Source: Thalassobaculaceae bacterium (GTDB lineage Bacteria > Pseudomonadota > Alphaproteobacteria > Thalassobaculales > Thalassobaculaceae). From it: 64,000 bases of DNA. This document shows, piece by piece, positions 29,883-37,898 of this stretch. Under the pieces are notes generated by a model. The model saw only the letters and a list, made by a program, of their open reading frames with translations, made no database searches and was not told where the DNA came from. Numbering within the stretch: the first letter of the stretch is position 1; every line of letters begins with the position of its first letter. The position numbers and the translations under genes are program-made. The stretch lies in contig OZ245843.1 in NCBI GenBank assembly GCA_965228875.1, positions 1,036,616 to 1,100,615 of the forward strand. Reading direction: 5' to 3'.

Positions 29883-31442
29883 TCAGTACCAGGCGTCCGG
29901 CATCGACCGCTTGCGTCGGGCGATGAAGTCCAGCAGCGCCTCGTCGACCGCCGGGTCGAGGGGCGGGGCCTCGTACTCCGCCAGCACGGTCTTCCAGGCG
30001 CGGTTGGCGCGGGCGGCGCTGTCCTCTCCGCCGGCCTCGCTCCACTGCTCGTAGGTATTGTTGTCCGAAAGTCCGGCGTCGAAAAAGGCGGTCTCGTAGT
30101 TCGCCATGGTGTGGGCGCAGCCGAAGAAGTGGTTGCCGGGGCCGACCTCCCGGAAGGCGTCGAGGGCGAGATCGTTGTCGGTGACGGCCACCCCCTCGCA
30201 GTAGCGCGCCAGAGCACCGCAGTAGTCGGCATCGAGCATGAACTTCTCGTAGGACATGGAGAGCAGCCCGTCGAGGAATCCGGCGGCGTGCAGGATGAAG
30301 TTGGCGCCGCACTGCACCGCCGCCTGAATCGAGGTGGCGCTCTCCATCATCGACTGGGCATCGGGCAGCTTCGACGTGGTGAAGGCGCCGGAGCAGCGCA
30401 GCGGCAGTCCCGACCGCCGGGCGAGCTGACCGACGACCAGAGAGCCGACCGCCGGCTCGGGCGTACCGAATGTCGGCGACCCGGACCGAAGCGACATCGA
30501 GGAGAGGAAATTCCCGTACACCACGGGCGCACCCCGCCGTTCCAGCTGGGCCAGCGCGCAGCCGACCAGGGTCTCGGCATGGGCCTGGGCGATGGCGCCT
30601 GCCGATGTCACCGGCCCCATGGCGCCGCCGAGGATGAAGGGCACGATCACCGTCCCCTGATTGGCACGGGCGTAGGCCCTGAGGCCGCGGGTCATGGTCG
30701 CGTCCCAGACCAGGGGGGAGTTGACGTTGAAGTTCGCGATCACCGCGCAGTGCCGCTCGAGTGTGTCGGCACCGAAGACGATACGGGCCATTTCGACCGA
30801 GTCCCCGGCCCGTTCCTCCGCCGTCACGGAGCCCATGAACGCCCGGTCCGAATAGCGCAGATGGGCGTAGATCATGTCCAGGTGGCGTTTGTTCACCGGT
30901 ATGTCGGTCGGCTCGACGACGGTGCCGCCGGAATGGTGCAGGTGCGGCGAGGCGTAGGCGAGCTTCACGAAGTTCTCGAAATCCTCCAGCGTGGCGTAGC
31001 GCCGGCCGCGGTCGAGATCCATGACGAAGGGCGAGCCGTAGGCCGGGGCGAACACCACGTGCGGGCCGCCGATCTCCACCGAGCGGGCCGGGTTGCGGGC
31101 GATCTGGGTGAAACTGGCGGGGGCGCTCCGCAACACCTCCTGCACGAGGCCGGGAGGAAAGCGGATATTCTCGCCATTCACGTCGGCGCCGGCCGCCCGC
31201 CAGAGTTCGATGCTGCGGTCGTCGCCGCCCCGGAAGTCGATCCCGATCTCGGCCAGGATCCGCTCGGCCGTCCGTTCGATCCGGGCGAGACCCTCCTCGT
31301 CGAGGATGTCGTAGGTCGGGATCCGCCGGGAAAGGAACGGCGCGGTCGTCGCGGTGGCCGCCGCGGTCCGCCGCTTGCGTCGGCGGTCCCGGGCGGGGCT
31401 GATGGTGGAAGCGGCGGATCGGTCGTTGAGTGCGGCGGGCAT
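29883..31442 (-). CDS. Trimethylamine methyltransferase (MttB) superfamily protein, non-pyrrolysine
   Basis: ARNP..SVEIGG, SGGTVVEPTDIP, NVNSPL, GSPTFGTPE, LHAAGFLDG and VGPGNHFFG motifs; no in-frame TAG. Confidence 0.9.
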   Translation of the reverse strand: MPAALNDRSAASTISPARDRRRKRRTAAATATTAPFLSRRIPTYDILDEEGLARIERTAERILAEIGIDFRGGDDRSIELWRAAGADVNGENIRFPPGLVQEVLRSAPASFTQIARNPARSVEIGGPHVVFAPAYGSPFVMDLDRGRRYATLEDFENFVKLAYASPHLHHSGGTVVEPTDIPVNKRHLDMIYAHLRYSDRAFMGSVTAEERAGDSVEMARIVFGADTLERHCAVIANFNVNSPLVWDATMTRGLRAYARANQGTVIVPFILGGAMGPVTSAGAIAQAHAETLVGCALAQLERRGAPVVYGNFLSSMSLRSGSPTFGTPEPAVGSLVVGQLARRSGLPLRCSGAFTTSKLPDAQSMMESATSIQAAVQCGANFILHAAGFLDGLLSMSYEKFMLDADYCGALARYCEGVAVTDNDLALDAFREVGPGNHFFGCAHTMANYETAFFDAGLSDNNTYEQWSEAGGEDSAARANRAWKTVLAEYEAPPLDPAVDEALLDFIARRKRSMPDAWY

Positions 31443-31534
31443 GGCGAGGTCCCCCTGGCAGTCGGCCGTCATTAGGGTCACCAGTGTGACACCGCCGGAA
31501 ACCCGCCTCGTATTTCAAATTCGTTGGCTTTCAG

Positions 31535-31549
31535 ATAAGGTGAGCTTGT
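31535..31549. promoter_or_regulatory. LysR-type box ATAAG-N5-CTTGT overlapping the LysR start codon
   Basis: Imperfect dyad in the divergent mttB/lysR intergenic region. Confidence 0.45.
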
Positions 31550-32459
31550 GCAAAGTCTCCGCTCCCTGCTGCCGTCGCCCGGCGCGCTGATCGTGTTCGA
31601 AGCGGCGGGGCGTCTCGCCAGCTTCACGCGGGCTGCGGAGGAGTTGGCGATGACCCAAGCGGCGGTCAGTTTCGCCATCCGCAATCTGGAGCGAGACCTC
31701 GGTGTCCCGCTCTTCACCCGCCGGCATCGATCGATCGCCCTCACCGAGGCCGGCGAACGGTTTCACGCCGACGTCTCGCTCGGCCTGACGCATATCCGCA
31801 AATCCGCGGAGGAACTGAAGGCGCAGGGCAGCGACCGCCACGTCACCCTGTCGGCATCGACGGCGTTCGCCAGCTACTGGATGCTGCCGCGGCTGGCGAG
31901 GCTGCGCGCGGACCTGCCGGGAATCGACCTGCGGATCCAGACCTCGGACCGCAACGTCGACCTGCGCCGCGAGGGTCTGCCGCTCGGCATCCGAACCGGG
32001 CGGTCCGGCGACTGGCCCGGTTGCGACGACGCTCTTCTGGTCGCGGAGGAAGTGACCGCGATCGTCGCCCCGGCCTATGTGGAGGCCAACGGAACGCCTT
32101 CTGACGCCGCCGACATCGCCGCCCACCATCGTCTGATCCACCTGGAGGAGCCGTTCCGTCCGACCCTCGACTGGGAGGACTGGTTCAAGGGGTTGGGGGT
32201 CGATCCACCGTCGCGGGCCAAGGGGCTGCTGATCAACGACTACGTTCTGGTCGTCCAGGCGGTGCTGAGCGGGCAGGGCATCGCCCTCGGCTGGCGGCAC
32301 CTGACCGATCCTATGGTTGAACAGGGGATGCTGGTTTCGGTGGGCGATCACGTGCACCGAACCGGCCAGGGCTTCCATGTGGTCTGGCCGAACGACCGCC
32401 CGATCGGCGACAATGCGGCGCGGGTCCGGGACTGGTTGCTGTCTGGCATACAGCCGTGA
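31548..32459 (+). CDS. LysR family regulator, GcvA-like; probable regulator of the mttB-stcD operon
   Basis: FEAAGRLASFTRAAEEL.MTQAAVS HTH, FASYWMLPRL, GQGIALGW; divergent from the mttB-like gene. Confidence 0.92.
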   Translation: MQSLRSLLPSPGALIVFEAAGRLASFTRAAEELAMTQAAVSFAIRNLERDLGVPLFTRRHRSIALTEAGERFHADVSLGLTHIRKSAEELKAQGSDRHVTLSASTAFASYWMLPRLARLRADLPGIDLRIQTSDRNVDLRREGLPLGIRTGRSGDWPGCDDALLVAEEVTAIVAPAYVEANGTPSDAADIAAHHRLIHLEEPFRPTLDWEDWFKGLGVDPPSRAKGLLINDYVLVVQAVLSGQGIALGWRHLTDPMVEQGMLVSVGDHVHRTGQGFHVVWPNDRPIGDNAARVRDWLLSGIQP

Positions 32460-32575
32460 GCAGGCCATCGGACCGAATGCGCGGGGCATTGATGAAGGTT
32501 GTTCGATTAAAGGTAGTTCTGCCGCGGTTTGGTGGACAATATGTGAATTGATAGCCCTAATTTTCGGATTTTCAC

Positions 32576-32588
32576 TGAAAGCGCTTCA
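32576..32588. promoter_or_regulatory. MetR-type box TGAA-N5-TTCA
   Basis: TGAAAGCGCTTCA, 15 bp upstream of a MetR-like LysR, within an AT-rich tract. Confidence 0.6.
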
Positions 32589-32603
32589 GCATAGAATAAC
32601 CAC

Positions 32604-33536
32604 ATGGCTCCTAGGCTTGAAGTTCGTCACCTACAAATGATCCAGGCGATCGCCGAGACCGGCCGCGTTACCGAAGCGGCGGAGATGCTCGGACTCACCC
32701 CTTCGGCGCTGTCGCACCGGATCCGCGAGGCCGAGCGGCGTCTCGACGTTACGCTCTACACCCGCCTGCACAAGCGCCTTCGGATGACGCCGGCGGCGGA
32801 GCATCTGGCGCATGTCGCCGGCCGCGTGCTGGCCGACATGGAGAGGGCGGAGGAAGACGTCTGGCGTACAAGCCGGGGCGTCGTCCATGTGGTCCGCATC
32901 GCCATCGAGGCCTACAGCTCCTATCACTGGCTCCCGGGCTTCCTCAGTTTTCTCCAGAACGCCGCGCCCGACGTCGATATCCAGGTCATGGCCGGCGCCA
33001 GCCGCGAGCCGCTCCAGAGCCTGTCGAATCGTCATATCGACCTGGCGATCATGAGCGGTGAGGTCGCCCGCCCGGGAGCGACGGCGGTACCGCTGTTCGA
33101 CGACGACCAACTCTTCATCATGGCGCCCAGCCACCCGCTTGCGGGCCGGGAGTTCGTGGAGGTGGCGGAGATCGGGACCGAGGACCTGATCACCTACAGC
33201 AAGACGCCGGGCACCGATGGCGAGGTGGGACAGATGCTGCGCGGCGGCGACGGTGCCAAGAGCCGGTCGGTCACGGTCGAGCTTCCGGAAGTGATCGTCG
33301 AACTGGTCGCCGCCGGCCAGGGCACCAGCGTGCTCGCCGGCTGGGCGGTGGAGACGGCGGTCCGCGCTGGACGCATCCGCGCGGCGCGGATCAGCCACGA
33401 GGGGGTCGTTTCCTCCTGGTCGGCGGTGATCCGCAGCGAGGATAACGAACCCGGCAACCCCATCCGTACGGTTGCCTCGCTGCTGTCGAACTGGTGTTCG
33501 CGCACCGGCCATGGGTTCCGGCCGGCGCCGGACTGA
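32604..33536 (+). CDS. LysR family regulator, MetR-like subfamily
   Basis: LEVRHL..TPSALSHRIRE HTH; RIAIEAYSSYHWL resembles MetR RIAIECHSC.QWL. Confidence 0.88.
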   Translation: MAPRLEVRHLQMIQAIAETGRVTEAAEMLGLTPSALSHRIREAERRLDVTLYTRLHKRLRMTPAAEHLAHVAGRVLADMERAEEDVWRTSRGVVHVVRIAIEAYSSYHWLPGFLSFLQNAAPDVDIQVMAGASREPLQSLSNRHIDLAIMSGEVARPGATAVPLFDDDQLFIMAPSHPLAGREFVEVAEIGTEDLITYSKTPGTDGEVGQMLRGGDGAKSRSVTVELPEVIVELVAAGQGTSVLAGWAVETAVRAGRIRAARISHEGVVSSWSAVIRSEDNEPGNPIRTVASLLSNWCSRTGHGFRPAPD

Positions 33537-33575
33537 TCAGGCGCCAGAGCGATCAGGCGCCGGAGCGATCAGGCG
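33535..33575. repeat. 16 bp tandem repeat GATCAGGCGCCRGAGC (about 2.6 copies) between convergent stop codons
   Basis: Copies at 33535-33550 and 33551-33566, partial copy at 33567-33575. Confidence 0.8.
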
Positions 33576-35368
33576 TCGTCGGACGCCCGGGGGCGGCGCG
33601 GGTCGTTGAGCACGGCGATCGCCGGGGATGGCTTCGCGTAGAGGAATCCCTGGGCCGATCGGATGTCGAGTGTGCGCAGGAAGTCGGCCTGGCTTTCCGT
33701 CTCGACACCTTCGACCACGATTTCCCTGCCCAGATCCTGAACCATTTTCACCAGCGTCGCCAAGACTTTGCGGTCGGTCTCTCGGTCCTCCACGCGGCGC
33801 AGGAACTGGCGGTCGATCTTGAGGACATCCACCGGAAGGTCGGCCAGGGCGGCCAGGGATGAGTAACCCGTGCCGAAGTCATCCATGGCGATGGTCACCC
33901 CGATGGCCCGCAATTCGTCGAGGGTGGTGTGCACGATATGGCTGCCGCGGGCGATGTCGCGCTCTGTCAGCTCGAGCTCGATCGTGCTCGCGTCGATGCC
34001 ATGCTCCGCGAGCATCTGCGCGACGTCGCTGGCGTAGGACGGATTGAGAAGATCCTGGGTCGAGATGTTTACCGATATCCGGGCCGACCGGCACCAGTCG
34101 CTCTCCGCCAGCGAGGCGAGCGTTGCTGTCAGCATGTAGCGGTTCAGGGTCGAGACCAGGCCGGACTGCTCGGCCAGCGGGATGAACTCACCGGGGGAAA
34201 CCATGGTTCCATCCGGCTGGGTCCAACGGGCCAGGGCCTCGGCGCCGATCCAGCCCCCGTCGACGATATCGACCTTGGGCTGGAGGAAGACGCTGAACTC
34301 CTTCTGCTCGATGGCGTGCCGGATCTGATGCACCATCCGGGTGCGCCGGCTCATATCATCGATGATGCTCGGTACGTAGGCGTGGAGGCGTGGCCGGCCG
34401 GGGAGGGGCGTAATGCTCGTGACTTCCATGAGAGTCGCGGCGGCCTTGTGCATCGCCTCGTTGGCACTCTTTGCTTCGTTGGGCAGGGCGACGGTGCTGG
34501 CGCATATATCGACGACGACCGACATGTCCCGGATCTCCAGGGGATCGGCGACGATCGACTGGAGATTGTCCTCGAGCGCTTCGGTCTGTTCCTGCGGCAG
34601 GACGATGTGGAAGGTGTTTCCGAATCCGCGTGCGATCAGCAGCGCGGTGCCGAAGACCCGCTTGAGACGCTGCGAGAAGGCGACGACGAGTTGCTCGAAC
34701 TCCTCGATGCCGAAACAGGCGGCCAACTGGCTGGTATCGTTCAGCGCCAGGTGGACAAAGAGCATCGGCTTCGGATCCGGTTCGGCAAAGTAGGAGTCCA
34801 GGTAGCTGATCAGTCCGTGGCGGTTCGGCAGCTTCGTAGCGTCGTCGTGATACGCGAGGAAGCGGATGCGATCCTCACGGGCGCGTTCCTTGGTCAGGTC
34901 GCGGATGGTGGCGACGTAGCGGCGTGGCTCATTGTCCGTCCTCGGAACCTCGGAGAGAGAGATCGAGATCGGGAATTGCCGCCCCTTGCCGTCGACGCCG
35001 GTGAGAGCGCGCGGTTCGCCGAATGCCACCCTCGGCGTCGACCGGGCGTCCCGAAGGAACCGGTCGTGATTCATCGCGACCGAGGCAGGCATCAGCTTGT
35101 TGACCGAGTGGTGGACGAGTTCGAAGCTCGGCCGGTCGAACATCTTGCAGGCGGCGTCGTTCACCGTTTCCATGATGCCGCGATCGTCGATCACGATGAT
35201 GGCATCGGTGACGGCGTTGAAGACAGTCATCAACTGGCGCCGTTGCGCCTCGATCGTGTCGAGCGCTCGGGACAGCCTGTCGTCCACGCCACGACCGCTG
35301 CCGCGCTGGCCGTTGCCGGCATCGCTGGTTGGGCGGGAACTCCGCATGATGGATCCGTCCTCGGGCAT
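33569..35368 (-). CDS. PAS - degenerate GGDEF - EAL protein (c-di-GMP phosphodiesterase)
   Basis: PAS (DAIIVIDDRG..NDAACKMF), LAYHDDATKLPNR, GGDEF replaced by FGNTF; intact AEALARW, DDFGTGYSSL, LKIDR and EGVET. Confidence 0.92.
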   Translation of the reverse strand: MPEDGSIMRSSRPTSDAGNGQRGSGRGVDDRLSRALDTIEAQRRQLMTVFNAVTDAIIVIDDRGIMETVNDAACKMFDRPSFELVHHSVNKLMPASVAMNHDRFLRDARSTPRVAFGEPRALTGVDGKGRQFPISISLSEVPRTDNEPRRYVATIRDLTKERAREDRIRFLAYHDDATKLPNRHGLISYLDSYFAEPDPKPMLFVHLALNDTSQLAACFGIEEFEQLVVAFSQRLKRVFGTALLIARGFGNTFHIVLPQEQTEALEDNLQSIVADPLEIRDMSVVVDICASTVALPNEAKSANEAMHKAAATLMEVTSITPLPGRPRLHAYVPSIIDDMSRRTRMVHQIRHAIEQKEFSVFLQPKVDIVDGGWIGAEALARWTQPDGTMVSPGEFIPLAEQSGLVSTLNRYMLTATLASLAESDWCRSARISVNISTQDLLNPSYASDVAQMLAEHGIDASTIELELTERDIARGSHIVHTTLDELRAIGVTIAMDDFGTGYSSLAALADLPVDVLKIDRQFLRRVEDRETDRKVLATLVKMVQDLGREIVVEGVETESQADFLRTLDIRSAQGFLYAKPSPAIAVLNDPRRPRASDDA

Positions 35369-35407
35369 TCAATCCTCGACATGAACTGTCGTTGTCGAGG
35401 AATTGAA
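35368..35407 (-). promoter_or_regulatory. 5'UTR hairpin sequestering the RBS of the EAL gene
   Basis: TTCAATTCCTCGACA pairs with TGTCGAGGATTGAA (14 bp, one bulge); the 3' arm carries the GAGGA SD and the A of ATG. Confidence 0.6.
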
Positions 35408-35419
35408 ACCACGAATCTC

Positions 35420-35435
35420 GTTAATGGACCGTGAA
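35420..35435 (-). promoter_or_regulatory. Putative CtrA box
   Basis: Minus strand TTCA-CGGTCCA-TTAAC, one mismatch to TTAA-N7-TTAAC. Confidence 0.55.
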
Positions 35436-35455
35436 TGCTCGGTTCGGTTTCGTGC

Positions 35456-36361
35456 CTACCGGCCGAGAACAAGCAGCAGAATACCGGCGACGACCAGGAG
35501 AATGCCGACGATTTCGGCGCGGTTGGTGGTTTCGCGGAAAAAGAACACCGAGGCGATGAAGGTAAACACCAGCTCGATCTGGCCGAGCGCGCGCACATAG
35601 GCGGCGTTCTCCAGGGTGAAGGCGGTGAACCATCCGATCGAGCCGAGGACGCCGCACACTCCCACCGCCAGCGACGCCTTCCAGTGCACGAACACGTCGA
35701 CCAGGGTGCGGCGCTCGTAGATGGCGAGATAGGCGCCCATGATCGCCGTCTGCATCAGCAGCGAGATCGCCAGGGTGAAGGCCGCGGCCATCACGAAGCC
35801 GTCGTACTCCAGGGTCAGGGCCGCCTTGCGGAAGAAGACCACCGACGAGCCGAGCAGCGCGCCACACAGCAGGCCGATCAGGGTCGCCTTCTCGACCAGG
35901 CCCGTGAACAGCCGCCCCACGGAGACCTTGGTCTGTCCGACCGACAGGGCCATCACGCCGATCACCGACACCACGATGGCGATCAGCGGGACCAGGCCGA
36001 GTTCGTCGCCGATGATGACAAAGCCGAGAAGGGCGACCTGCACGGTCTCGGTCTTCGAGTACGTGGTGCCGACGGCGAAGTTGCGGAACTGGAACAGCCA
36101 CAGCAGGACGGCGGTGAACAGGATCTGCGAAATGCCGCCGAGCAGGCAGTAGACCAGGAACTCGGTGTTCGCCTGCGGCCATGCGTAGCCGCCGACCTCG
36201 TGTAGGGCGCCGGCATAGACCAGCGCGAAGGGCAGGGCATAGAGAAAGCGGATATAGGACGCGCCCAGGGTGGTCAGGCGGCCCTTGAGATGTTTCTGCA
36301 AGGCCGAGCGGGCGTTCTGCATGAACGCCGCGAAGATCGTGATCGGGATCCAGAGTTCCAT
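35456..36361 (-). CDS. DMT/EamA family transporter
   Basis: MELWIPITIFAAFMQNARSALQK, RNFAVGTTYSKTE, VRALGQIEL; multiple TM helices. Confidence 0.88.
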   Translation of the reverse strand: MELWIPITIFAAFMQNARSALQKHLKGRLTTLGASYIRFLYALPFALVYAGALHEVGGYAWPQANTEFLVYCLLGGISQILFTAVLLWLFQFRNFAVGTTYSKTETVQVALLGFVIIGDELGLVPLIAIVVSVIGVMALSVGQTKVSVGRLFTGLVEKATLIGLLCGALLGSSVVFFRKAALTLEYDGFVMAAAFTLAISLLMQTAIMGAYLAIYERRTLVDVFVHWKASLAVGVCGVLGSIGWFTAFTLENAAYVRALGQIELVFTFIASVFFFRETTNRAEIVGILLVVAGILLLVLGR

Positions 36362-36518
36362 GAACATGCCGCCGCTACAGGGTCGGTCAGCATGGGCGCG
36401 CCGCTGCCGCCCTGTCCACGCAAACCATATGACGGCAAAGGCGGTTTGCGGGTTTGCATGCAGCGGTCGAAGGGAGAAAGATAGCGGCTTGCGGTGGCCA
36501 GTGCGACGGAGGCAGGGA

Positions 36519-37811
36519 ATGAGCGGTGTGACCAGAAGCCAGGCGGAAACGGATCTGATGCAGCGGGCCCGTGCCGTCCTGCCGGCCGGCGGCTTCGGCA
36601 ACTTCTCGGCCGATGTCGTGATCGCCCGTGGCGAGGGCTCCCGCGTCTGGGACGTCAGCGGCAACGAGTATGTCGATTTCCTGCTCGGCTCCGGACCGAT
36701 GGTCGTCGGCCACGCCCATCCGGAGGTGATCGAGGCGGTCACCGCCCAGCTTCCGCTCGGCAGCACCTTCTTCGCCGACAGCGAGCCGGGCATCGTTCTC
36801 GCCGAGGAAATCTGTCGGGCGGTCCCCTGCGCGGAGAAGGTGCGCTTCGTCAGTTCCGGATCCGAGGCCGACATGTACGCCATGCGGCTGGCGCGCGCTC
36901 ATTCAGGCCGCGAGAAGATCCTGAAATTCGAAGGCGGCTATCACGGGATGAGCGACTTCTCGCTGATGAGCCTTGCGCCGAAGCACCTCGCGAACTTTCC
37001 GCAGGCGGTGCCGGACAGTGCCGGTATTCCCAAAGGCGTACGCGACGACGTGATCGTCGCTCCGTACAACGACACCGATCTTGCGGTGCGGATGATCGCC
37101 GAATACGCGGACGAGCTGGGAGGCGTCATCGTCGAGCCGTTCCAGCGTCTGCTGCCGCCGCGCCCCGGCTTCCTGGAGGCGTTGCGGGAGGCGACGGCAA
37201 AGCACGGCGTGCCGCTGATCTTCGACGAGGTGGTGACGGGCTTCCGCTTCGCCTATGGCGGTGCCCAGGCGTACTACGGAGTCACCCCGGATCTCTGCAC
37301 CCTCGGCAAGGTCATCGGCGGCGGCTTCCCGCTGGCGGCGATCGCCGGCTCTGACGAGATCATGGCGCATTTCGACAAGGAGCGGGTCGGCGAGGCCGGC
37401 TTCACCTTTCAGGTCGGCACGCTGAGCGGCAATCCCGTCGCATCGGTCGCGGGGCTCAAGACCATGGAGATTCTGCGCCGCGACGACGCCTATACCCGGA
37501 TGTTCGCCACCGGCCGCACGATCATGGCGGCGCTCGACGAGCACCTCTCTCGCGCCGGCATCGCGGCGAAGGTGGTGGGCGAGCCGCCGCTGTTCGACGT
37601 CGTCTTCACGGATCGCGACGTCAACGACTACCGCGACGTCTTTGCCGGAGACGCGGCGATGCTGAAGCGGTTCAACGGCCTGCTGCGCGAGCGCGGCATC
37701 CTGAAGCCGGAGAGCAAGTACTATATCGGGCTCTGCCACTCGGAAGCGGACGTTGCGCTGACGATCGACGCCATCGCCTCGGCCGCGGAGGCGCTGCGCA
37801 AGGCTTCTTAA
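36519..37811 (+). CDS. Class III PLP aminotransferase (GSA-aminomutase-like paralog)
   Basis: WDVSGNEYVD, SGSEA, FEGGYHG, LIFDEVVTGFR and TLGKVIGGG (PLP Lys) motifs. Confidence 0.9.
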   Translation: MSGVTRSQAETDLMQRARAVLPAGGFGNFSADVVIARGEGSRVWDVSGNEYVDFLLGSGPMVVGHAHPEVIEAVTAQLPLGSTFFADSEPGIVLAEEICRAVPCAEKVRFVSSGSEADMYAMRLARAHSGREKILKFEGGYHGMSDFSLMSLAPKHLANFPQAVPDSAGIPKGVRDDVIVAPYNDTDLAVRMIAEYADELGGVIVEPFQRLLPPRPGFLEALREATAKHGVPLIFDEVVTGFRFAYGGAQAYYGVTPDLCTLGKVIGGGFPLAAIAGSDEIMAHFDKERVGEAGFTFQVGTLSGNPVASVAGLKTMEILRRDDAYTRMFATGRTIMAALDEHLSRAGIAAKVVGEPPLFDVVFTDRDVNDYRDVFAGDAAMLKRFNGLLRERGILKPESKYYIGLCHSEADVALTIDAIASAAEALRKAS

Positions 37812-37898
37812 CCCGTCCGCCATTGCCTCGAAGACTGGCCAGGCCGGCCGGGCGACCCCATATCGACGCGGCCTCAGTCAACCGATCGGCGCATATCG

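Noticed and set aside
29883..31442. Pyrrolysine recoding in the MttB homolog
   Set aside because: No in-frame TAG and no pyl genes in the window
33535..33575. CRISPR-like array
   Set aside because: Direct tandem 16-mers without spacers and no cas genes
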